A DNA stretch of 63,258 nucleotides, the filler included, from Reticulomyxa filosa (Eukaryota > Protista > Foraminifera): assembly GCA_000512085.1 (NCBI GenBank). It is 24 parts of 24 records of this genome, joined end to end, with 100 filler letters (N's around TTAATTAATTAA, not from the genome) between each part and the next. Parts side by side here need not be neighbours in the genome. Positions count along the whole stretch, not along the records: positions 24,270 to 25,887 come from ASPP01034760.1; positions 25,988 to 34,002 come from ASPP01025714.1; positions 34,103 to 35,553 come from ASPP01024082.1; positions 35,654 to 37,182 come from ASPP01020255.1; positions 37,283 to 38,981 come from ASPP01012820.1; 19 more parts are not named here. One strand, written 5' to 3'. Below are positions 24,459 through 38,007 of the stretch, piece after piece; position 1 is the stretch's first letter; the number at the start of each line of letters is the position of its first letter. The notes beneath the pieces are model-generated. The model saw only the letters and a program-made list of their open reading frames with translations. It had not been told where the DNA came from and did no database searches. Position numbers and translations under genes: made by a program.

Positions 24459-25640
24459 TTGTCTCGAATTTTCTTTCATTTTCGGCAAGACTTTTTGGCG
24501 TTCGCTGTAAAAGGAGAGAATCTTTTCTGTTCAACTGGTTCTCTGTCTCTTCGATTTGCTCACAAACAAAGAAACCTTGAAACAATCGTCCTATGTGACA
24601 ATAGTATGGAAAAAGGGATAGTTATAGAGAACAGACACATTGGGGAAAAAGAGAAACGTATTTGAATAGACGAAAAAGACAGTGATCATGGTATGTGGAT
24701 GAGTGATGAAAAAGAAGAACACATGTTGGAGGAAGACATGCCCAAGGATAGCCACAAGAACAACAAAAACAAAGTGAAAAGGACGTATGGACATTGGAAA
24801 AATGTACGGAAAAAGAAAAAGAAAACGAAATTGATCGACGTGACATGGAAAAAGGAGCATGTACGCAACGTGAGAGCGAAAAAAATAAATGCGATACATA
24901 AAGTGAAGAACACAGTCAAAAAAGGGGAATGCTACAGAAATACAGAAGGGGAACGAGGAACGCCCCGTGGTAAACAAAGGACAGTAAGATGAGATGGTAA
25001 AAAGCAGTCAAAAGCAAATAAAAACGCAATTAATAGACAAACCAGTACGGACTTGATGGAAAGTAACGAGCTTAAAAACCAACACATAGAACCAACGACC
25101 AGCCTTGAGCTAATTCTTTCGCCGCCCCTACCGAAGACTCTCCAGACACGAAATTGACGCATCACCCTTCTTCCAGAAGAGTCTATAACGTCTACGCAAC
25201 ACGAGCTGCAACCTATTACGTATAACAATAGCAACAATCGTGAGCATAGTCTCACAAACAACCAACAGATATCAATGTCCACTACCTCATTGCAAGTTAC
25301 ACCTAAACAACAAGATGACATCCACATACCTTCCAGTCTCAGCCAGGACGTCGTGCAAACACACCCAACAACGCAAGTGAGGACCAACAGCTATCTGCAT
25401 GCGCCCAACGCAACACCGCTTTGGAAGATTGCAACGAAGACAAGTATGACAGTGATGAACCCGACCAGCATGATCGACCAATACTCGGACCGCCTGTTAT
25501 CAAGTCCAAGACAATCAATGGAGATGTTCAACAAACATGGAGACATTAACCTGGTACCAAGTTGGAATGAAGTATATGACCAAGATGAACTATTTGACCT
25601 TGATCCCGATGCAGTCCCATCTGCAAGAATGTCGAAATGA
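24459..25640 (+). pseudogene. Long reading frame interrupted by three in-frame TGA codons
   Basis: ORFs 24459, 24693 and 25275 share one frame. Internal stops at 24663, 24990 and 25155 are all TGA. Confidence 0.55.
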
Positions 25641-25994
25641 AAAAAAAAGATGACAGAAATAAGAACATTAAGTGCACGGTAGTTTAATGTGAATCAATTT
25701 TTGTGACCCGGCTAATTTGCACCTTCACGTTGACAAACATTTATTTAATGACAAGAAAGTATTGATACAACAATCTTATTTCAAATTTTATACAAAAATA
25801 GCGTGTTTACACTGCAGAACAACACTATCTCGAGCATAAAATAATATGCATAGCGGACGTTATATGGAATAGTTATTAATTCAAAGANNNNNNNNNNNNN
25901 NNNNNNNNNNNNNNNNNNNNNNNNNNNNNNNTTAATTAATTAANNNNNNNNNNNNNNNNNNNNNNNNNNNNNNNNNNNNNNNNNNNNCTTTTTG

Positions 25995-26115
25995 TAAGCC
26001 TTCAAAGATTAGAAGAGCGTTTGAATTCAATAAACCACTTGTGCTTTTCGCCGAATGGTGAACAAATTGTGATTACATCAGATTACGTTATAATTTGGGA
26101 TTTGAAATTATGGGA
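25995..26115 (+). pseudogene. Degenerate WD40 repeat fragment
   Basis: NSINHLCFSPNGEQIVITSDYVIIWDLK resembles one damaged WD40 blade. Confidence 0.5.
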
Positions 26116-27620
26116 TTATTTTTTTAACGAACATAGTTATCAAAAGCGAAAAAAAAAAACTTTTGTTTTTATTATCATTTTTTCAAAATTTGATAAAAAA
26201 ATTAAATTTTGTGTTTTTTGCACATCAGCTCATGTTAGAATGTAAGTTTTTACTAAATACAAAAAAGAGTGTTGAATTTTATAATTGAAAATCATAATGA
26301 CATAATTAAAGTAATTGTATCTCTTTAAAGTTTGATGTCTTTGAAAAAGCACAGAAAACTTTGAAACATAATAGTTATAAAAAATAAAACATAAACATTG
26401 ACGAAATACATAATTAAAAAATTCATTCACACAAAGATGAAATTGTCAAAAATCATCACAAGCCAAAATGTTAATAACAATGATAAAGAAAAGCACATCA
26501 AAGTTATCGTGATAAACTGATACATTCTAACAACAAAAAGACTGTATGGCATGCCAAGATAAAAACTTACTTCTAACTTTCTTCTTGTTGTGTTGTCTGT
26601 TATCACGTATATTTTTCTTTGGTTTATTTGACTTGTTTTTTATTGAAAAGCAGTAAGACAGCAATATTTTCGTATTACACTTTGTGTAAGTCAAAGTGAA
26701 AATCGTACTCCACAAGACGTAGATATACTTTTAATATATTGTTTTTCATGAACAACTTATAAATGTTTATATTGGGATGTTTTTTTGTTGTTGATTGTAC
26801 CTGTATTTGGTGATTTAAAAAAGGCTGTTATAACGTATAATCATCTTAGCCCAACTTTTTTTCTTTGTTGTTTATGAAATTAACAGCTATAACAAAAACA
26901 ATACTTTCAATCTCATTACCATTAACCCACATCCAACTGTTCCATCTCAGTAGACAAAATAATAGATAATTTGGTGAATTTGTTGACAAAACACGACAGT
27001 TATTTCAATCAATTTGCTCTTTAATATCTGTTACATTATTTATCATGTTATTCACTTGATTTCTAACTTGGCTTCTTAATTTTCCAAATCTTTATTGGTT
27101 CCAATAATATGCAAAAAAGTTTTTTTTCATAAATATCGCAATATAAACAAATGAATTGGCAATTTCTGTTTGTATTTCATTATTACAATGTTTTTATTAC
27201 AAACGTTTAAACAGTTTTCCTACGGGATGTGTCAAAAGGAACAACACGATTCCGTTTTTAATATTACTAACCTTGTGCTTCGTTACATAGTATCCAATCA
27301 GTTTGGTACACTTTGAATATGAATGTTATCACTTGCACTAGATAATCTAAAAATCCGTATGCAAATAAAAAAGTAAAACAAGACAAGGAGTTAATGATAA
27401 ATTTATTCCGTGAGCTTTATTGAGACTTTCCTGCTGTATGTTAGTACCTTTTCCGACAAGTTCTCCTTTAGGAAATATAATACTCTCATATTGTTTATTC
27501 TAAAATCAATTGAATTATTGAAAAAGCAGAAAAGTATTGTCCTGAAAAAAATTAATCCAAAAAACAAAGCCATTTTGTTCAGTCTTTTTGTAATTTGAAT
27601 ATTTCAGTTTAAGGTTGAAT

Positions 27621-29954
27621 CTATCCCCACATACATATGGTACCATTATTCGATCCATAACATAAGATATTATCATAATCATCATTTCTCTTTACCTTAC
27701 TTTCAATTAGAGGAATGCGAAGACATAATATTCCACCATCAAGGTCATTTCCTTTAATGCCATGTAGTTGTTTAGCAGTTCGAACATCCCAAAAATAAAT
27801 TGTCTTATCACCTGATCCAGAACATATTATGTTTGCATTACTTACAGCAATTTTATCTCTGCTAGCAATTACAAATGGAGGATATTCAACAGCCCAAATG
27901 GCCTGTTTATGTCCTTTGAACACTTGAATTTCTTTTTTGGAACGAATATCCCACAATCGGATAGTTTTATCATCTGATGCAGAACATATTGTATTTCCAC
28001 CACCGTTGATTCCTGATCCATATGGTGAATATTTTACATCCCTCACAACATTCTCATGTCCATTAAAAACAATTAATCGTTTGGCTGTTTCAATATCCCA
28101 TAGATAAATAGTATTATCCTGACATCCGGAACAAATGGTATATCCAGTACCACCAATCACACCCGCGCTAGCATTTTTATTATCTTTAGCGTTGTTATTG
28201 CTTTGTGATGGTGAAATGTCCACACACCAAATGCTATGTGTATGTCCTTTTAAAACTTGTAATGATTTGGATGTCTCGACATCCCATAAACGAATGGTAT
28301 TATCAAAGGATCCAGAACATAAATAACGACCACCACTGAATGGTGAAAATTGAATACTGCTAACACCCTTTTCATGTCCATTGAATAATTGAATTTGCCT
28401 GTCACTGTCAAAATCCCAAAAGCGAATGGTTTGGTCACTTGATGCAGAACAACTGATTGAGCGATGATAAGTGTGTTGATGATAAGGTGAAAATTTCACA
28501 CAGTTTACAAAGTTGGAATGCCCATTGAAAATTTTTAGTTGCTTGGCTGTATCCACATCCCATACACGAACCGTATAGTCATCCGATCCGGAGCAAAGGA
28601 ATTTACCATTATCAACTTGTAAATAATCAACGCTATACACTGCTTTCGTATGTCCAAAAAACCTTTTAAGGGGATTCGCAGAACGAAACAAATCAAAATT
28701 AAGTGGGACATAGTTTCTTTTGTTCAAATTATTATATTGAACAAGTTTTTCAAACTCTAGTGTAAGCTTATGGTTCTTTTCTTTCAATTCATTTAATTCT
28801 TTTTCGTGATGAGACAGTATTTGCTTTTCCTTTTCGGCAAAATCTCTTTTCACGTTTTCTATTTCAGCACGAAGTTTGAGTAATTCTTGTTGACCTTTTG
28901 TTTGTATTTTTTTAATTTCATTTTCTTTCTCCAAAAGTTGGTTATCTTTCGCTTGAATAGTTTGCAAATACTTGTGTACAAGTTCTTCTGTTTGCTGGTT
29001 TTCATTTTCTTGTTTCTGAATTGGTTCTGCATTATTTTTGCTTTTTTTTTTAATTCTTCAATTTCGGCAAAAATCTTATTCTATCCGTTTTTTTATTTTT
29101 CTCTTTCACAAAACAACAAATTTGAAAAATGTGTAAATTAATAGAATCGTCTTTACTTCAAAACTGAGGTTTGTTTTAGGAGCATTAAATCATCTTTGTC
29201 TTTTTTCTTTGTCAATTGTACTTCCAATTTTAATTTTTCATTTTGTGATTGCAATTGTTTGATCCCCTCCTATTATTTAGTGTTTGTTTTAATAAAAAAA
29301 AAATAGAGTTAAAAGAAAATACTAAACTTGAAGTAATTCTAACGTTTGCTTTAGTGTTTCGAATGCTTTCATCACCAATTCAATATGCACTTGCCCTTTT
29401 GAGATCATATGTTCATCAATTGAAAGTTTATTTGAATGGTAGCCACAGCCAAATGGTTTAAACCAACAATCTATCAATTTCAAAGAGCATGTATTGTTCA
29501 AATGTTCATTTATTTCTTTAAGTTTCCCACTGAAATTACACTTCATCACATCTGTCTTTTTTTCATGTCCTTGATTCAATGCTTGCAGTTCTTGTGCAAA
29601 TTGTCGGGGACACTTGACCTTCAGTTCACCGATTTGCCGCTGTGCCAGTCTGATTTTTGTGTACTCACAATGTTCGTGCGGCTGAACAGGGCAAGAGTTT
29701 GGATTGGCTGCGAGGAATTGTTTCAGGCAATGTTCCCCAATTATCAAAGATCCATCCAAATTTTGGTGTTGTTGACAACTAATTTCGACGGGATTGTTGG
29801 CAACTTGTTTGCATATCAAACATACAAAATCATTAATTTGATTGGGATGATTCAACAGTGAAATCCAGTTTTTGTCGAAGCACGTCCGCTGCTCTGTATG
29901 GAGCATTTCCTCAATTTTTGTTTCATTGCTTATTCCAATCTCTACCTTGTTCAT
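27621..29954 (-). CDS. RING-like/TRAF zinc finger + coiled coil + WD40-repeat protein (TRAF7-like architecture)
   Basis: Exon 1 (29328-29954) has CLICKQ..C..H..CP and CPRQF..C..H..C..CWFKPFGC. The last exon has a coiled coil and about 7 GH...WD repeats. Confidence 0.92.
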
Positions 29955-31954
29955 TTATATCTCCTATTTCTTTTTTATTTAATTAATTAATTATGAATTA
30001 CCAAAATTTTTTCTTTAATCTCGTCACCTTTGAATTGAACGAGTGCACTCGTACGTTTTTGGTTCAGTATTTTTATCAAACCTTGGTTTTGATACAACAA
30101 AACAGTTTTTTTATTTTCTGTCTTTTCTTTTGTTCTAAGATTTGTACGATTGTGAATGTTCATCAAATGGTATAATGAAAAACAGTAAGCATAAGATTAA
30201 TTACGATACAGTCATGAGACAATTATTGTCAAAAAGGGATAATTTTGCTATTTAAACCTTGATAGAAACGAAGGAGACAAACCAAACACTTTAAAAGGGA
30301 AAAACGTGTCATTGTTTGTTTTAGTTTTGAAACATCCGTTGTACTGATTTACTATTGCAATATCTTTTACCATTCTATTTGCTTCTAAACAGTGGAGGTG
30401 TTAGTGTAAATCCATTGAGGGTATTAATGTTACATCAAAATACTAAAGAAAAATGAATTAATCACAGATGTTATTTTTTAAAAGTTATTTTGATTCATTG
30501 AGTAATGATTTGCTTTTTTCAGTTTTAAAATATATTCCTTTTTAAATAGAAGAAATATTAATTAAATTGTGAAAATAAGATAACAAGTAGTCAACTAGCA
30601 AGTGAAAACAATTCAATTTGATTTATTCAGATTGTTGAACTGAAGGGGTTATTGTAACTGTGTCTATCGAATCATCAATACAAATACGTAAAACAAAAAA
30701 GACAAAATGATTTCTGCTAGTTGAAAAATCTTTAAATATGCATTTAGTGACAAAAATAACGATCCGAAATGGCACATTATGAAGATAATCGATTTTCTGT
30801 TCGAAAAACAACTTTTTAAAAATATATCTAACATCATGAGAACTCAAAAATATTTTATTAATAAAGTGTAAATCAAATACTTTTTTGAATATTCCAGGAT
30901 ATAAAAATATTATTTAAAAATGTCGATTTCTCGTACAGAAAATCAACAATCTTGACTAATAAAAAGACAACAAAATTTTCAATTAAACTTTGCAACAACT
31001 TCGCAAAAAGAAGCAAGGCAAATGCAGCAATTTTTATTGAGAAATTGATATGTAAAATTTTTGTCATAAATAATTTCAAAAAAGAATGTCATGTGCATTA
31101 TTCTAGACACAAAAAATTTTATTGCAAAACTAAATAAATATATTTTTTGAAATATGCTACTTGTAAAGAATAAAAAAGAAGTGTTATGCATGTATATAAT
31201 AATGACAGTCATGTTTAATTGTTTATGCGTAAATTAATTGTAATAATATTTAAAAAAATATATATGTCCACTTACTTATGCAACAACATTTTCACTATAA
31301 TAATATACATTCAATTTTGAACTTTAATAAATATCATGGTTCCCAAAAAATAGCACATGCATTACACGTTTTATAAAATTTTTTTAAAGAATAGAATTTG
31401 TTAATTTCAGTTAAAAAATTATTGTCTTATGTTTCAAAACTTATTTTAAAAATCAATTCAGCTAATTTAGTGTTAAATTACGTTTATTCAAATTATCACG
31501 AATGACATTTGATTTGACAACTAACTATGCAGCACTAGTACTTACATTTTTTCTAGAAGGACAATTATTCAGAATTTATTTTTTATTGATTTTCTTAAAC
31601 TACATACTTTGAATTTTCATTTGTTTCTTTTTTTTGGACAGCAGATTCATGCAAATGCTAATATCTCTGGGCAAACAAGTGAGTACAAAGTAGAGAAGTA
31701 TGAATACATCGTAGTGTTAATTTATATGTTATTGTTTTTTATGATAGACCGCTATGAAATTACATAAGTGTCCACTTAACAAAAAAAAAAAAAATCAAAA
31801 CACAGTCGCACTTAACACAAACTTATTGCCTTGAGTTTTCAAGAGAAGTTGACCCAAAAAAAGGAGTGAAGGAAAAAAAGAATATTCCTTTAATTGGGAA
31901 GGAAAAGTAAAAAATAAAAAACGAAAAAAAAAACGTTACTTGTTGCGATGATCA

Positions 31955-32801
31955 TTATTGATGCCTCTTTAACTTGTGCAGTGTGAAAGGAATGCGAAGA
32001 GGCCTTCCCTGTCTGAGACGAGTCCACGTGTTATCTCCGGTGACACCTTGCGACGCATTTTCGTTGTAATCGTCAGCAACGAACCATCGATAGGCAACAA
32101 TGACGCCAACACACACAATTGCAGCACCGAGCAAAAATGTAAGCGAAGTGTTGAGATTATTTTTGTCTGCACTTTTTTTGGAAGAATTTTGAGCAACGGT
32201 TTGGATAGGTTGGGAAGAAGGCCCTCTCAGAAGGGATCGATAAGGATCATATCGTCCAGCAGCTCGATGAGGATCTGACTGCTGCGTATGTATCAACACG
32301 GCTTGCTGTGGTAGGGCCGCACCGTCGGGATGGACGTATACTGTCGCGTTGCCATTTACCCTTATCAAATCATTATCATCGCTTGTTGGGGTTGTGTCGT
32401 CTACGTCGGCATTGGCACGGTTACCAAGTATGTTGCCCCGTTCATATGCTAAAAGGCGATAATGCTGCTGGACGTATGTTCGCGCCGTCCGACGTGCTGT
32501 TGTCGTCGTGACTGCTGCCTGGCAACGCTCCGTTTGCTGTCAGCGTCTTTCGCTTTGAGTTATTGTTGAGAGACACTAAAAACTCTGTGGTGTGCATATG
32601 TTGATGCTCAATTGCATTTATTTTGTTAATTAGGTCCGTGTCGTCTGCCACGAGTCCCTTTTTCATGCTCATGCGCTTCGATTGCTCCGAGCCTTGGCTG
32701 TCTGCTTTCGAAAGCTTTTTTGGCTCGGGAGAAATATTATCTTTACCATTCGCAGGAACAGTTGACTGCGAGGTTGATTGTGGTTCCTCCAAAGCGCTCA
32801 T
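31955..32801 (-). CDS. Hypothetical protein with a C-proximal transmembrane helix; one frame discontinuity near 32450
   Basis: Overlapping open frames 32442-32801 and ~32535-31955, with hydrophobic segment LTFLLGAAIVCVGVIVAYRWFV. Confidence 0.6.
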
Positions 32802-33199
32802 ATTTCCAGACGAGATATTATTATAAAATATAAACTTTCCGTCTCGTGTCTCCTGTTTTAAATTATAAATTTGGTATGTATATTAGAACATGCCCGAGTT
32901 TGAACTAAGCAATCTGATCAAGTCTCATAAAAAAGAATATACGAATTTTTAGAGTGTTTAGGATAAAATAAATAACGTGCGTGCGATTGAATTGTAAATA
33001 TCGATTTTTGATAGTTTTCCCTTGAGTTTTTTTTGCATTCACTGGGAAAAGTTAAAGAAAAAAACAGATGAAAAAGAAGGCAAGTGTGGTATTTTAAAAT
33101 AGGAGAAGTCGTATTAGTCTTGATTGTGTTGGTTTTTTTATTTTAATATTCCTCGACAGTAATTCGGGTCACATGATATGTAGCCAAATAATTGATTAA

Positions 33200-33970
33200 T
33201 TTCATTCGGTAAGTGCCAAACCCAAATCGCAAATGAGTTGGTCAAATTTTTCATATTCCTCATTGGTCATGTCTTCGGTCAATTCCATGTGCGACAAAAC
33301 AAATCTGAGGTTGTAGTTGAACCCCTTGACTTTAACAAGGAATTTGTCGACCACATCTTCTTGAGAATGAGCATGTTTTTATTTCCCATAGTGGGGTTAA
33401 AGTATTTGTTATGACCAACCATTTGTTTTTTGTTTTCTTCGACCATTACTTGTTTCATTTCATTTAATATCATCTCAAACTCTTTTGTCTCTTGAATTTT
33501 GCGAACCATTTTTTCTTTCAACTCTTCATTTGAACCTTTGCCGTTTGACATATTATCTCCATTTTGTTGATGTAGTTTCTGCATGTCTGTCATTACAGCA
33601 CCCCTATCGATTATATCCTTGTTGTCAAATTGGTTGAAATCTTTGGGTTTTATCTATATTTTTTTGGTTTTAATTTCAACGCCAAAGTCAATCTTTTTTT
33701 CCATAAAAAAAAAAAAAAGATGGAGTCATTTCCAATCCCATTGCAAACGATCCGAATTATAAAAATCGTAACTATTTTTTGACGTCCGCTGTAAAGATGT
33801 GTCCATATCCAAACAATCAAAACAAATGAAAGAAAAAGAAGGCCTAAGCGAAGAGAGCAGAGTTTAACATTTTGGCCAAATGTACCGGTCCCTCTTTGAT
33901 GACAGTAGTGGCCGAGGGATCAATCGTCGAGGCCATGTATCCAGCCTCATCCACACCATTTAACAATCTA
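33200..33970 (-). CDS. Hypothetical protein 3' exons (helical), with probable homopolymer frameshift
   Basis: ORF 33279-33593 continues in another frame (...EEYEKFDQLICDLGLALTE*). Upstream exon-like blocks lie at 33720-33970. Confidence 0.45.
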
Positions 33971-34107
33971 ACCAGAACACATATGCACATATATATATAT
34001 ATNNNNNNNNNNNNNNNNNNNNNNNNNNNNNNNNNNNNNNNNNNNNTTAATTAATTAANNNNNNNNNNNNNNNNNNNNNNNNNNNNNNNNNNNNNNNNNN
34101 NNAAATT

Positions 34108-34200
34108 AGGTTTAAATCTTTATTTTTCATGAAAAAAATCGATTCTTTTCATATAGTGCCATTTATGTATGTAAGTTTTTTTTTGCAATATACTGTATTG
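34108..34200 (-). repeat. Dispersed AT-rich repeat, copy 2
   Basis: Reverse complement of 5403-5490 (shared TAAATGGCACTATATGAA.AGAATCGATTTT...CATGAAAAATAA). Confidence 0.8.
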
Positions 34201-34792
34201 TAAAAAATGTCATACAAAGTATATTTTTTAAATCGTTCGGATTCATTTCTCAAGATAAAGATTAAACAACGAATTACAATAAATTCAAAAATAATAAGAA
34301 CATGTTATCGATTAATCAAAAATAACGTCTAATAGTTCTTCTGATTAAATAATAATTCGAAGTTATTCATCGTGGAAAAGTACAATAAACACAATTGATC
34401 TACTAATATTCGAAATCATAACAAGTTTAAAGCATCAGTGAATGTGGATTTGATAGCTATTCTAGCACTGAATTCATTATATATAGGCAGTTGCAAATGA
34501 CACTATTTTCAAAATTTATATACTTTTTTCAGTATTGCATTATGAATGAAATCATATACTTGCACATATTTATTCATTCATATATCCACTTGGTAGACCT
34601 TCTTTCTCAATTGAACAATTTTCTATGTGTTGTACCTCAGCCACATTTCAACGTTGAGCATGCAGTGAATTTAAATAGAAAACAGTATAGCAATCTATCG
34701 AAACTTCTGTTTTGTGTTACGTACGTCTTTTCGACCTTACGAAGCAAGGTCAACACCCCTCTCCTCAATATTTCGCAAGAAAGACAAACACT

Positions 34793-35553
34793 ATGTTGGC
34801 GTTGGTGTATGCTCTTGCAGGTTTCGCTGGATTTCGTCCAGCATTTGGAGCTGGATTAGATTTGTTGATGATGGGCGACTGGGGTGGCCAAGTAAACCAA
34901 CTCGTCTTAGTGTTTAATATTTTCTAAAAACTATCACAAAATACACACTATAAAAAAAGACTGACAGTCCATATTATACCGTCCCCGAACAAAGTACTGC
35001 ACGTATTATGGGAGAAATTGCGTCCTCCATCCCAGTGTTGGCCTCGTTTGGAATTGGTGACAATTTTTATGAATACGGGGTAGCCAACGCAAGTGACCCT
35101 CGTTTTCAAGAAGTTTTTTTTTTGCTATTTCTTATTTCACAAAACAGACCAAAGCCTTACCTTTTTTTTTTTCCATCGATTATTGTTACCTCCCCCCTTT
35201 TGCTTTGTTTTTCCCTCTCCCCTTCTGCAGACATTCGAAGATGTATTCTCCGCAAGTTCTTTGAAGAGCATGCCATTTTACATGATCGCCGGAAACCACG
35301 TAATCACATAAATTTTTTTTTTTTTTTTTTGGGAAATCTTTCCCTTGTTGCTTAACTAACTTTAAAAAGAATTACGTGTATTTGAAATGCAATTAATGAA
35401 TAGGATCACGAAGAAAATGTAAGAACGAAACAAGACACTGGCTAATGCACTTTTTTTTTTTCCTTCTCCCTTTTCCTAAAATAAATTTTTTTTTTTGTTG
35501 ATTTGGAAAATACGATGGGTAACTGCTCAAGTCGCGTACACGAATGTAAGAAA
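34793..35553 (+). CDS. Purple / tartrate-resistant acid phosphatase (ACP5-like), secreted, 3'-partial
   Basis: Signal-peptide-like N-terminus. Spliced motifs GDWG, GDNFY and GNH|D, followed by VTAQVAYT. Confidence 0.9.
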
Positions 35554-35653
35554 NNNNNNNNNNNNNNNNNNNNNNNNNNNNNNNNNNNNNNNNNNNNTTA
35601 ATTAATTAANNNNNNNNNNNNNNNNNNNNNNNNNNNNNNNNNNNNNNNNNNNN

Positions 35654-35687
<34 letters not shown>

Positions 35688-35690
35688 ATA
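35654..35690. repeat. (CA)n microsatellite
   Basis: Read directly at the contig start. Confidence 0.9.
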
Positions 35691-35789
35691 TATTTAAACA
35701 AACAAACAAAAAAAAAAACAATGATAAAAAACACATTTATGTAATGGCTTTGGCTGACTTGTATAAAAAATGAAAAAAAAAAGTCAACT

Positions 35790-36233
35790 TGCAGTGAGGA
35801 CTTTCATACGCCGGATTCCATTCTTTCACTCGCATCTCTTGTTGGTCTTCTTCGTTCGAAAAAAGATCATCTGCAAGTTTTCTCTTTTTGAGAAATGATA
35901 ACTCCGATCCTTGTGGCGTTCTTGTTCCCGGAAACGCAGGCACCTCTTCACACAATGTATCATTCACTTTTTCGGAGGTGTCCTTTTTGTTGTTCCAATT
36001 TCATGTTTTGTTTTTGAAAAGTGTTAATCACTCCATCAACTTTGTGTGACATTGTAAATGCAATGTTGTACCTTTTCTTGCGTGCTGCTGCACTGATATG
36101 ACCTCCGTTTCTCTTCGAGTCTTTTGATAATTTGCTTCCGTCTTTGTCGGTCACCGAATGAAAACATACTCCCCGACCGAATATCTGAAATGGCTGGCAA
36201 TGAGGTTTTAAAGCTATTCTCGTCACTCGTCAT
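35790..36233 (-). CDS. Hypothetical protein, 5' exons
   Basis: ATG ORF 36036-36233 splices in frame (EK|DTSEKVNDT) to ORF 35737-35967. Confidence 0.55.
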
Positions 36234-36754
36234 TTTTAGTTATTTTTTGTTGGTGCTTGCCAATATTTATATATCTGGGGATCCTGCAACTTTTACTTTT
36301 CAAGGTCTGGCTCAGTTTGATATTTTTAAAACAATTTGCAAATATTTAAATTGCAAGTTAATAGTTTCAAAGTCTAATATAATAGTGATTTAGATAATGT
36401 AAATATTCAACACTGATATTAATTTTATTTTTAAAGAAAATTAGACGTGGTGAAAAAAGAAAAATTGTGTTTTAGATATTTGTTGGAAATAAGAAAATTT
36501 AGTGTGCATTCATAAGTACGTATAGCGTGCATAAAAGTAAGAACTTTCTATGAAGGTCCATTTCAGTATTCTCCGGCAATTTCAGACCAATATACTATTT
36601 TCTGAGTTACAGTGTGAACTTTGTTGTAATTGAACTAAAGAAAGTACACAAGCAATTAATCCGAAATTGAGCAATACCAATATACTGACTTGCAACACTC
36701 GATTTTTAAGATGTTTCTTGTTCTGAAAAAACTTTGTGCTTTGACTTGTACGTG

Positions 36755-37091
36755 TCTAACGGCGTGTCTGTGCGTTGCTTAAGTCAGCTCCCCTTTTTTT
36801 TTAAATGTATACTAACTTCAAATTTTGTTGACAAATGCATTCAGTATTGTTTGAGCGTTCCTGTCTTGCCTTTACCAAAGGAAATTCCCGTGTGCTCGGG
36901 AAGTATTTACAAAGATGTATTTGGACGGGAATGCATTGGAAAAGAGTATTGCCACAGGCGTCACCAGTGAGGGCTAGAATGTGCGAATTTGGGACATCAG
37001 GAAACGACAACAGCAAGACGTCCACATCTCTGCCACCAATCGAAGAGAGGCCAGACTGGGTCCTTATTGGTGTGTAAGTGAGCCCATGCAT
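36755..37091 (-). CDS. Hypothetical protein, 3' exons
   Basis: Coding-like 96-aa frame bounded by homopolymer introns. Confidence 0.4.
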
Positions 37092-37469
37092 ACAAAATGT
37101 GACTTTTTTTTTTTGTAAACATTTTTTTTTTTTTTGGATGAGTAATGAGATATAATATGTAGAGTTTTTTTTTTTTTTTTTTNNNNNNNNNNNNNNNNNN
37201 NNNNNNNNNNNNNNNNNNNNNNNNNNTTAATTAATTAANNNNNNNNNNNNNNNNNNNNNNNNNNNNNNNNNNNNNNNNNNNNAAACATATCAGTTTTGAT
37301 TAAAAAAGCATATTGGCATAATACGTATTTTTTTTTTTTTTTTTGTTTGCAGTGTGTCCCTTTTTATTTTATTTTTTTTTGTTCCCTTTTTTTTTTTTTT
37401 TTTAACCCCTTCCAAACAAAACAAAAATAGACAATACCGTTTGGAACAAAATTATGACAAAAACATAAG

Positions 37470-37551
37470 ATAACCATGCGTTTGTGATTCCAAATGCCGC
37501 GTTTTGTATGGGTCGAGACTCGGGTGTGAGCAACAATAATAATAACAATAA

Positions 37552-37612
<61 letters not shown>

Positions 37613-37971
37613 GTAATACCAACAACGATGCTTTTGTGATTCATTCGTCTACGTTGGCCCCGCGTGTAAGTACGTTTGCGATTCCCGGCGGTGCGACAGG
37701 TGTGGGTGCGACGATGAGGAACGCCGGCAACGTGCAAAGCAACAATTGGAGCAACAAGACGGCAGAGTGCGTAGCGATGCGTCAATTGCTAGTGCCCAAC
37801 GGTAACATGATTGCAAATGGCTCTACCGTAGTGCACGCAAATGTTATCCACGATGGATCACTGTTATCATCTTCCATCAACATCCCTGCTACGGCCATAC
37901 CCACCACATACGCGGCTGTTCTCGCGCCTCCGATTGGATTGAACATGTTCCATGGACTGGGTGTCAACTCT

Positions 37972-38007
<36 letters not shown>

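Noticed and set aside
24459-25640. Genome-wide TGA reassignment or selenoprotein
   Set aside because: TGA terminates normal genes here (Kelch, paladin-like, WD40 at 44315) and Trp is encoded by TGG. The context is not redox-like and no SECIS was recognised.
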